Source of the DNA: Cercozoa sp. M6MM
Lineage: Eukaryota; Protista; Endomyxa: Ascetosporea
NCBI GenBank assembly: GCA_040357565.1
Contig: JBDODJ010000079.1
DNA: 48,104 bases
Direction: 5' to 3' (one strand)
The notes below the pieces were generated by a model. The model did not search any database. It was not told the origin of the DNA and saw only the letters and a program-made list of their open reading frames with translations. Shown piece by piece: positions 13,360 to 23,456 of this stretch (within the stretch, counting starts at the first letter, position 1; each line of letters begins with the position of its first letter). Both the position numbers and the translations under genes were made by a program.

Positions 13360-13476
13360 TACGTATAAATAAATACTGGTGCAGGGGCATGTGACCCACC
13401 CCAGACTGGTGCAGGGGAACTACATAGTTGGTTTCCTAGAAGACTCAACTAACTAACTACGTATAAATAAATACTG
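13360..13476. mobile_element. Putative short retro-insertion: 79 bp between 19-bp direct repeats, ending in an (AACT)n tail
   Basis: TACGTATAAATAAATACTG at 13360-13378 and 13458-13476; the insert ends in CAACTAACTAAC. Confidence 0.4.
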
Positions 13477-13579
13477 TGCCGTCGCGTAAGACCAAAAGTT
13501 CGAGACTGAACTGAACCGAACGGATCTCGAGTAAAATTTACTGACTTTGCAGGACAGGACATAATTCTCGACCGGCGAC

Positions 13580-14805
13580 TCAGTTACTAGTATGGAGCGT
13601 GAACGCTCCTCTTGCAGGCTCAGGCTCTTCAACCCGGTCGAGCACCGGAACAAAGCAAACGTCATTCAAGACCATGCGTTTGTCCAAGTGTCCGTTCGCC
13701 TGTTTTTTGAACAGGTACATGCTTCCCACGCGTTGGTCTTCTTCCCCAGCAATGGGCGTCAACAAAACACCACCAGGCTTCAGCAGTTTAACTGCGTCGT
13801 TCAGTTGGTGTGGTTGCAGCATCGCACCTGTGAATCAAGCCACATCACATCGTACCAGTCGGGGGCAAAAATATGTTGTACCCACGTGAACAAAGTCCAT
13901 TGAGCCACTTTCGTAGGTGCCAAAGTCGCATTGTTCGATGCTCCATTCGAATGTCGAACTATCGTTGGGTTTCACGCGATAGAATTCGTCGAGGTTGGAC
14001 GCAGCGAGTCGCACCAACTGCTCGTTGACTTCGGTGCCGATAATTTCTCTTTTGCGCTCGCTCCCGAACAGGTCTAAAATGGGTTGAATAGACTGAAACA
14101 AACGAAGTGATACATCCGTAATGGTTTGATTAAAATGGTTTTTACTCGTTATCACACGATCAAGCAGAGCCTGCGGTACAAAAGGCGTGTGAGCAGTTGC
14201 AACGTCGTAGTTTCCACTACAAATTACTCTACCTGAACCAGTTCCGACGTCCAAGCTAAAAGGGCGACAAGCATATTTCTTATTTCATTGCGAAGAGCAT
14301 ACTCGAAGATCGCAAAGGCATGGATGTCAGGTGAGCTGAGTGTGACATCACCTGCTCGATTAAAGCCAATCGGAAGCGGCGTAATCACGTAGGTATCACG
14401 TGCTTGGATATAATCGTTGGGCACAAAGAACGCTCGGTCAACGTGAATCTAAATTTACAAAACACATGTAATTTTGCAGCACAGATGCTGAAATTTTTTA
14501 TTGTCCGAGTCGACCATTGCATCTTCGGCAGCAGACCAAGCTCGTAGCGCCCGCTCTTCTGATGCTTCGTCATCAAAAGCAGCTCCGACTTCAGGGAAGC
14601 TCTGAAAGATAGCATTTCTGCCTGTTCCTGAAACTGAGACCGAAACTGGTGAGACTAAACTTAAGTAAAACGAACCCGCACTCGATTCAGGACCGCGGCA
14701 GCAAAGGATCTGACCTAAGCACAACAAATCACGTGCAAAGCATTCGCCAAGTTTATCGGAACGCGTTTTTTAATTCACTCGGACCAGCTCCGAGTCGTCA
14801 ATCAT
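13580..14805 (-). CDS. Protein-L-isoaspartate O-methyltransferase (PIMT/PCMT) family protein
   Basis: Spliced motifs AMIHVDRAFFVP, PLPIGF, TLSSPDIHA (cf. TISAPHMHA), LDVGTGSG, IIGTE, DFVHVG, LKPGGVLLTPI, VCFVPV; TGA at 13580. The 5' exons and start codon are uncertain. Confidence 0.8.
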
Positions 14806-15226
14806 CCTCGAGGTCGGAATGCGAACAGCCAGTGTACGCCACTGGTGAGACACTGGACTGAAATGGCTTAGGAAGCAAGTTTTGTGCCGAGTATGTATCT
14901 TTTTCTCGCTGCCCCGGGCTGACTTCAGGTTGTAGTGTCACTATCCGCGCGGCAGTTCTATTCAGTTCAGATCTTAATTTTAAGTGACAACCCGGCGTTC
15001 CAACTTGTGATCCTGAGTTCTGCCGCATCGCACGTCGTGGAGTAGTGAGTTACTAGCGCAGAACGCGCGGCTGTGTTCTGATCGCCCGCTTCGCGCGGTT
15101 GAAACACCCTGGGATATTTCGGGACAATCAAAAAACGTCAGTGGGCATTTTTTTGTGGTGTTTTTTTCCGTTCTTTGTTGTCGCGGATACGCTACGCTAA
15201 CTCCCATCTGAATGTTAATGCAGTGA

Positions 15227-15825
15227 ATGCCATCGAAAGACGAATGGCGATATGTGTATCTCCCCGCAATCGGTGCAATTCCCAGGTGTGTTTCATAGAG
15301 TGCAAAAGGACAACTGAAGAAGGGAAAAAGAATAAGCATGTGCGTGCAGTGAGTTCGGTTGGGTCGTGAATGAGGCGCTCGTGTTGCCTCTGTTTCTGAG
15401 TTTCGGTGTGCGTGAATCACAAGCCACTCTGGTGTGGCTTGTGTCGCCTCTGGCCGGCCTGCTGTTGCACACGTACCTCGGCAATAGGAGCGATCGCTGC
15501 ACGTCGCGCTATGGCCGCCGGAGGCCCTTCATTTTCACGCTGATGCTGATTTGTGCCATTGGATTGTTGCTGGTCGCCATGGCGGCCTCGTTGCCAGAGT
15601 CCCAGTCGTCGGTATTACCTGTGCTTGGGTGTGCATACTCTTTGGTAGGTCGGGTACTGTACTGGATTTGTTGTTGCAGACCGCGGTTGCGCTGCTGTTT
15701 GCCGGCACAGGAGTGGCCGATCTGGCACTGGACTTGCTGCTTGGACCAACGCGTTCGCTGTACTGGATTCCTTTCCACTCGGGGATGCGGCATGATGTGT
15801 GTGTGTGTGCGTGTGTGTGTGTGTG

Positions 15826-15910
<85 letters not shown>

Positions 15911-16993
15911 ACAGTGCGACCGAGTACCCGCCGCGACAGTACCGAGACAAGTCGGTCGCTGTGTTTGCACGTGCTGGTACAACTTAATATGTTTGAATTG
16001 TTTGGACATGTGTGTGTGTGTGGTTGCTGTAGGCCTGCTGGGTCGTCTGCTGGGTCTGGTGTTGTGTGCCTCACTGACATCGCACGCAGCAGCGCTCTTC
16101 ATGGCCTCGGCGGTTTTTGTGCTGGCGTGTTGCGGTGTGCTGATGACGGTGCAGGAGAAACCTCTGCGCCTCGAGTTGGACAGCGAGGAGGACGAGGACG
16201 ACTTGGACACCGAGTTGGACACCGAGTTGGACACTGAGTTGGACACTGAGTCTGGCCTCAACTCTCTCGTTGGCGATGGAGAGGACGATGCTGATGATGA
16301 GGACGACGAGGAAGATGAGGACGAAGAGGACGAGGACGAGGATGATGAGGACGAAGACGACGATTTGGACGATTTGCTGGGACAGCAACTGCGCCGCAGT
16401 GACACCCGACAGGCGACACGCGTCAACCGACACGAAGGTACCTTTCGGTTACGTTGTTGTTGTTGTTGTTGTTGTTGATGATGCTGATGTTGTTGATGAT
16501 GATGACACGGGACAATGTTGCTGTGTTGGCATGGTCGTAGGCACAGTGTCGCAACTGCGCAAGATGGGCCTGCGTTTCTGGCTGCTGTGGATAGCGCAAT
16601 TCTTTGGCTGGAACACCTTCAATGCGCTTGCCTTTTTGTGTACGGCCATGATGGGCCAGCTGGCCTTTGGCGGCGATGCCTCTGCTCCCAAGGGTACCCT
16701 GTATACACTTCTCAGTGCGACCACTCTTTATTCGAGAGTGCCGTTGCCATCGCAGGCACGCCAGAAAGAGAGCAGTTCGACAAGGGCGTGCAGTACGGCA
16801 CGATCGTGATGTTGATACACGCTATGCTGGTAGCACATTGTGTGTGTGTCTAAGGGAGAGGGCTCCAAAGGGTTTGTATGTTAGGGCGTGGCGTGGTTCA
16901 TTGTGTTCCGCTTCCTGATGCGAAAGTACGCCAATACCTGGCGCGTCTACGTTTTTGGCGAGGCCTCAGGATGCGTAAACTTCCTTATTTGCC

Positions 16994-17060
<67 letters not shown>

Positions 17061-17764
17061 TTGCTGTTTTTATCCTTGTTGTTGTTGTGTCGCAGGTGTT
17101 CCTGCTGGCACTTACGTGGCGCTGGGCGCAGACCAAGACGATGCTGACAGTGCTGAGTCTGCTGACATCGGCTTCGTACCCGGTACACATGGACTTCAGC
17201 TTCCGACTCATGGAGCAGTTCACGCCGACGCCGCTGCTGGAGCGATCGCGCGGTCTCGTGACGGCCGTGATGAACCTCTCGCTTGTGCTGTCGCAAATTC
17301 TCGTGGCCGGTGGCAGGTATGCCTTCGTAGTTATAATCTATAATATTCTAGTATATGTAATGTATACAAGGGGTTATTTAATTGTATTTTAATATGCAGA
17401 TATATTTCAATCATCTATTATATATATATTCTGCTGCAGCGGCTTCCTGGTCGAGTTCGTGGGCCACGGACAGGTGCACGTGGGCGTCACGATCCCGGCC
17501 TTTGTCAACGCCGGCGTGCTGGTTGTCATTGCCGTCTGGATGGAGTGCCTCAGGATACCGCCCAGCGTCAAGCACAAGAACTCGGTGATCGAGCTCCACA
17601 CTGTGGCACGCAAGTCGGTCAAGAAGAAGCAGCATGTCAACAAGGAGCACATCATTCGCAGCACCGACAGCGATGACGACGACCTTCCGGGCTGCGGCTT
17701 CACGGCCGAGGAAGCTCTGCCGAAACGCGGTGTTGAGAATCCACTGACTTTCCCTGCAACTTGA
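15227..17764 (+). CDS. MFS sugar transporter, SLC45/SUT (sucrose:H+ symporter-like) family
   Basis: Spliced: EFGWVVNEALVLP, VWLVSPLAGLLLHTYLGNRSDRCTSRYGRRRPFI, ADLALDLLLGPTRSL, LWIAQFFGWNTF, GLVTAVMNLSLVLSQILVA; acidic central loop; TGA at 17762-17764. Confidence 0.88.
15797..15908. repeat. Compound (GT)n(GA)n(GT)n microsatellite, intronic
   Basis: Seen directly. Confidence 0.95.
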
Positions 17765-17847
17765 CACTTGGGTGCCGCAAAAGTAATTTCCCGCTTAGTT
17801 AGTATTGAACCGTATTTATCGCGAACTGGAAGAAACAAATTTAGAGA

Positions 17848-19704
17848 ATGCTTCAAAGCGAATGCATCTACAATCATGCCTTTATGCTATTAAGCGCTGA
17901 TCGGGTCAGTTTTGTGATGCGTTTCTTGTTTTCGAATGCGGTTAAGGCTGTCAAGCCACGAGTTCTCCCAAGCAAGGCTCTAACGCTTTTCCACAAAGGC
18001 GATGTATGTCGCAGTACAACGGTACACACAACGGTAAATTTACACAAAGGCGACCGAGTGCTCGCGGCACGTCTCGTGGAATGCCATGTGTGCGGATTTA
18101 AGCGTTGGTTTTGAGTTTTTGAGATTATAAGGGCTTTCTGTCCATCAGCAAGGAGTCTTTGTGTTGTGTGGAGTTTGTGTGGAGTAGGTAATATTTTTTT
18201 TGCTTGGTAAAAAAGGTTCCCTAGTTCTCGGCATTCATATTTTCAGGGCGATCATCGCGGCACAGCACAGTTCTGCCGCGCGAGTGTTTGTTGTGTTACT
18301 ACGTTGTGCGTTCGCGTGTGCTCATACACATGTCAGGCGAAATAGATGTGTCAAAGCGCCTGCTAGAGGCCGTAGCACCGAATCGTCTCATCGCTGTGCC
18401 GAATGAGGACAAGCAGTTCGTGCTCGCTCGTGTCATCGACGCCACGCGCTCTGTATGTCGTATGTGCTATGTTCTCATGTTTGGTGTAGCTCTGATTTCG
18501 ATTTGCGTTCAGGAAGTGAATGCCGTGCCAGCTGACGCTCCTGGTGGACTCATGAGTGCGTCCGCGCGGACGTATTTGTGGTCGCACGTGAGACAGCTCC
18601 GGGAGCCCGTACTGTCACAGGAAAACTTGCTCGTGATGCTAACGCACAATAACTCGGGTCTTTGGACGCAACGATACGTTCGTGCGTCATTTCGGAGGTG
18701 CGTTGGCACTCAGCCAGTTTTGTGGTTCTCGCGCCTTTTTTTTTATTTTCGAGATTGTGCGTGTGTGCAGAAAGGAGGCAAATGGGCGCTACCACGTTAT
18801 CGTCAATGGCACAGAACGCGGGTACTCGTTCTTCCTGTCTTTGCTGTGCCCTGTTCAGCCCCAGTAACCTTTGCCTGTAGTGTGCCAGAGATGGCAAGCA
18901 ACGTCGTGCAGGAATTGGGCACGATTCCGGTGCGACTCGTGATTCCCGATGTGCCCGCCGAAGCTGCCGTGCAGGCTGCTCTCGTTGTGTAACCTCGGCC
19001 AAAGTTTGCTCTTTCTGCTGTGCACATGATGTGAACACATTGTGCATTTTATCGAGTACACTACTTACATTGCAGCAAGAGAAGACCGCGATTGCGACTG
19101 AAGAAACGCACGCGACCGACAGCACATGCCAGTAGCGAGGACAGTGTGTTGCTGGACACGCGGAAACAAGTGGCACGCGGCAACATGCGACTCAGTGCCC
19201 AGGTAGGACGTTCCTCTTTTCCCTTACCCTACAGTACCGTGTGTTCTGTATATGTGTACTGCACAGTTAAGGAAGGAGCAAAAACCGCAGCCACGCGTGC
19301 CGTCGTCGGCACTGGCGGCGCAGTATGACGTGCCACTGCCGCGATTAGCCCTCCGCGCGGTGCCTGCCGTGCCGGACAACATCGACGCCGTTGATATCGA
19401 TGCCGCCGATCGCGACACCAGTGTCCCACTCACACAAGGCGACATTGCTGTCGGGGTACTCTCTGCATAGCTCCCTGCCTTTGTCAGTTGGGATCTGTGC
19501 TCACTTTTGGGGTTAGAGAGGATATGCCGCGTGCAACGGACGACGACGGCGCTGGAACGAGTCCACCACTGTTCCCAAAGTCGGCACCGACGGCAGACGA
19601 CTCGAGGTGGCGCCTTTCGTCGCCCTCTGACGCCACGGGTGCGCTGCCTGCGCGTTCCGTTCTGTACAGTCGAGCTCTTAGTTTTCAACGAAAGGGAGCT
19701 CTAA
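17848..19704 (+). CDS. Hypothetical multi-exon protein
   Basis: Coding-like exons (GEIDVSKRLLEAVAPNRLIAVPNEDKQFVLARVIDATRS; EVNAVP...; QQEKTAIRLKKRTR...) separated by GT-AG introns. Start and the frame of the last exon are uncertain. Confidence 0.45.
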
Positions 19705-20228
19705 TTCCATTGCTCAGTTGTTACTGCACACTTTCTGTCGTCATTACTCTGACCAGCCGCGTGGAGGAAGAAGTTTAAGAGTGTTTGGCTTGGTACCTTG
19801 CTCTGAGACCTAACTACTGACTCAGTGGATTGCTGTTGCTGTAGATCTTGCCTGGACAGAGTCCTTGCAGAGAAGCAGAAAGCTCCGGTCGGTTAGTTTT
19901 GTTCACTTCGTCGTGTGTTCACAGGCGGAGTTTTTCTTTCTTAAACGCATTGTTACGAGCAAGGACGTCTTCCTTCGGTCGAGATCCTGTGGGATCACTT
20001 CGAGACCCAGTAGGTGTATTCACCTTCAGTTCTAACGTTGACTTCTAACCTTGATTTATTTAGTCGCTCCTTTCCCTTACTGATTGAGCAAAGTAGCCGC
20101 AGTAAAACAGTGCCGTTCGGACCCGGACCCAAATCGATAGACCTGACTGAGGAGAGAATACCGTTTCGTAGCATAATACTGTACATTAACGGGATTTTGA
20201 ACGAAATTAGTTTCAAGTTCCCGTCCCA

Positions 20229-20756
20229 TCATTCTGGAAGCTGCGAACTCGAATCCTCTGAGCTTGCGCCCGACTGGTCTGAGCTTGAGTCCGACTGGCC
20301 AGCAGCAGAGTCGCTTCTGACATTGGCATTGAGGGCAGCACACAACACTCTGTTCATATCCGACCGAATGGCGTCGATTCGGCCGTTGAAGTCGGAGTGC
20401 ATTGCGTCGATTCGGCCGTTGAATTCATCGACCTTGCTGCTCAGCTATGGCACGAAGAAACTCAATGAAAACCGCCAAATGCGTCGATAAGAGAGAGTAC
20501 GGTACACGCATTTCGACCAACACAATCCCCAAAAGCATCAGAATCGATACTCCTGCGGTGGCGCATCGAATCGCGGTCTTGTTTGCCTCCGCAAACCGGG
20601 TGAGAGCATGCGACAGTTCCCCTGCCGTCGGAACGGGTTCTAAAGACACAGAATAGTGTAGACCGCACACTCGCACCGAAAGCTGCACATACCGCTCGCA
20701 AGACGAGCACCCTGAGCTGTCCACACACGACGTATCCGAGCGCACCGAGTCAACAT
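20229..20756 (-). CDS. Small 3-exon orphan protein (137 aa), copy 2 (inverted paralogue of 2942-3447)
   Basis: Near-identical exons and introns to copy 1. ATG at 20756, TGA at 20229; 7 extra codons in the coiled coil (FNGRIDAMHSDFNGRIDAIRSD). Confidence 0.7.
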
Positions 20757-21105
20757 TTTATTGGCTGACGCGCGCACCAAAAAACACAAAGCAACGCACT
20801 CAGTTCTTTAGGTCTACGGCAACGTTTTCTGTGCAGTAAGAACACGATCACGGACCTGTTCTTGCCCAAGCTTCTTCCGGGTTCGATCCCTTAAGAAGGC
20901 GACATTCGGATCCACAGTACAGTTTACAGACGTTCGGAACAATGGAACCGGGTCACCATACAGGTAACTATTGAGTGACGAAGACTGATGCGTAAAAAGG
21001 CAGTTCAAACTTGTGCGAATGCCTCCGCTACCGGTTAAAGCTCATAATCCCCAGTGTTCTGAGGATTGTATTCCTCGACTCGAAGGTTCACGCAGTCAGT
21101 CGCTG

Positions 21106-22443
21106 TTAGGAAGACACGGCCATGTGGTTGTGGTAGATCGTCACTTCGCGATGACCGTAGAACCTGTTTCAGATCAGAGTTCAGACGTGTGAAAGAACGG
21201 TAATTTAAACACGTAAAGATATCCAAAGGCAAATGTACGGATATTCGCCGATGCCGTCACCACACTTGGCTCGGTAGGTCCAGCCATCCGGCAGAGCACA
21301 CTGCACATAATAGCGTATCACTCACTCTCGACAGCTAGCCGCTAGATATTGTATGTGTACTGATCGCGGGGAGCAGTAATTGCCGACGTTGGCAGCAGTT
21401 TCCTGCATGGACACAACACTGAGGGTAAACGCGATTCAGTAGAATGGAACTTCTAGGTACCGTCGCAGTGACGCAGCGACAGTTAACATCACTACATCGC
21501 AACAATTATCTTACATGAACAATGTGGCTCACGATACTTGTCAAGAGGGCCGTTGGAACTCAGCGTGATGTAGTCGAGTTTGGTGTAGCTCGGGTTTAAT
21601 GCGTTCATCGTGGCACAGTACGTCAGACACGTCTCCACAAAATCACCATCTGGCGGCACTACCAACATTAGCACATGCCACACATGAGACTGATACAACC
21701 TGGACTTGCTGACAATCAGCACTTATATTTAAACTTAAGTTTACCGTAAGAGATAGTCAAGCCGCCATACGATCCCAGATTATTCGCTAAGCACATGTAT
21801 GACAAGATAGCTGTTACACAGAGTGAGTGTTAGAACAGAGTGCGTACGAACTTTGCGGCAGCTGTTGTGGCGCGGGTACACCTGCGCCAGCGACGTGCGA
21901 TCGCCGCTACACGTGAGAAGTGAAGCTTCTAAAAATGCACGTTACAGTACCACATGAACAATTACCAAGCCGCATGCAGCAGCGTGTCGGAGGAACTCAC
22001 GCCAGCCTGAGTGCCAGCAGCGGTCTTATCGCTCGGGCAGCCACTCGTCACTGCCGGACACATTACAGTATGTAACACTACACAGCACAAGGTGCAGTTG
22101 TTACACTTGTAGCACGTCATGGAGATAGTGCTATCGGGCGCTTCGTGCAGTACAACACCGCATTTTTGGCGCTTGCCGAGGTCGTCAATGTGCTCAGTCA
22201 GACACTCCTACATGACACACATTAGTTGAGGACAGTATGTGAACAGGGAAATTTCTACGCACCGCCATGGATAGGCGCATCGATAATTCGGACGTGCCGC
22301 TCGGGAAAGCGGTCTGCGGGTGCAAAGAAGCGTTTAAAAAAGAACGGACTCAATCGGACTGTCTGTACCGAGAAGGCAGAACAGGCAGTGCCGGTGGCCA
22401 TTGAGCCAGTAGCGGCAAGCAACGCAGCAGCCAGAAGTTTCAT
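21106..22443 (-). CDS. Secreted Cys-rich protein with a WSC-like domain (about 9-10 short exons)
   Basis: Signal peptide MKLLAAALLAATGSMATG. GT-AG splicing joins ...YDGDFVETCLTYCATM...YITLSSNG...NCRC...NYCSPRSCALPDG...KCGDG...EVTIY, which resembles the WSC Cys pattern. TAA at 21106. One internal junction is uncertain. Confidence 0.55.
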
Positions 22444-22764
22444 GTCAGACTCAATTTTAGTCGAAAGCCCGAGAAAGAGAAAGCTCAGAAATGGAATGCT
22501 GTCAAGCCGAGCAAGAGGTTTTGGGTCTGGTAGCAGCCACGTGCCGTTGTCAGTATCGCAACTCTGATCATTGGCTGGCAGCGTTTTTTGATTGGCACCA
22601 ACGAGCAGCATCACTATGTTGGACTCTAGGCTCATTGGTCACTCCAAAAACCTATTCGCACACCTTGGCACACCTTCATGTTAACCGACCTTGAAGAAAC
22701 GTCATCAAGCACGATCTTCGAAATCCGTCACGGCGCCCGGAGCGCCGGGACAAAATGAAACGCC

Positions 22765-22812
22765 CTATTCGTAATACTATTACGAGTAGTATTACGAATA
22801 GTATTCGTAATA
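22765..22812. promoter_or_regulatory. Perfect 15-bp inverted repeat made of four 12-bp TATTACGAATA-type units, immediately upstream of an ATG
   Basis: CTATTCGTAATACTA (22765-22779), loop TTACGAG, TAGTATTACGAATAG (22787-22801); a second overlapping palindrome spans 22790-22812. The regulatory role is inferred from position only. Confidence 0.45.
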
Positions 22813-22816
22813 AGAA

Positions 22817-23334
22817 ATGACAACAGAAAGTTAGAGTGGTTGTTTTTGTTTGAAGTTTTCACTCTTGTGATTACTAATCGGGCCGCGTGATAAACACCTG
22901 AAGGATACTACGTTGATCAAGACACCCTCCGTGACATCTGCCGTGAAATTGACACTGACAGATGGGCAACCACTCGACGATGCGCGTGACACCTCGCCTC
23001 ACAGGAAGCCGCATCGTCCACGCGGTGACCTGGCTATTGCTTCTGACCTTCTTTGTGTGAGAGCTGGAAATGTTGGTCTCACCTGCGAGACCAACACTCC
23101 CTCAACATTGAAGCCTGCGAGGCCAAGCTCGAGCGAGTTCAAGAGAATGTCCAGCTCAGCCGAGAGCTGGGCATCGACGCCGAAGACATGGCCATCCTCA
23201 ACTGCCAGGAAATCTGGGGCACTTTCCCAGATTTTCGAGGATGGCTCATGCGCATGGCCAACCCCCTCCGGATCCTGACCCCCGGCAGCAAATCCTTGTA
23301 CGCCAACATCAAGACACTAATCAATTTTTACTGA
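22817..23334 (+). CDS. Small hypothetical protein (3 exons, ~120 aa)
   Basis: MTTER|YYVDQDTLRDICREIDTDRWATTRRCA|WKCWSHLRDQHSLNIEACEAKLE...TLINFY*. C-ending codon bias in the last exon. The second acceptor would be GAG, which is weak. Confidence 0.45.
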
Positions 23335-23456
23335 CAAGTTTCGCCGGAGCAAAGGGTACAAGGGGGCAAACTTCAATTCGCAGCTCCCTTTATCTTTCGG
23401 TTTATTGAGACGCCGAACGAACACTGACAAAAAATTGACAATCTCACATCAACAGG

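Noticed and set aside
20446-20512. Apparent non-canonical AT-AG intron in duplicate copy 2 (GTGCGT changed to ATGCGT)
   Set aside because: An in-frame GTACCG donor 6 nt downstream exists in both copies, so the change is simply Val to Met.
20860-20900. GGTTCGATCCC B-box / T-loop-like sequence suggesting a tRNA or SINE
   Set aside because: No cloverleaf or A-box could be built by eye; tRNAscan-SE would settle it.
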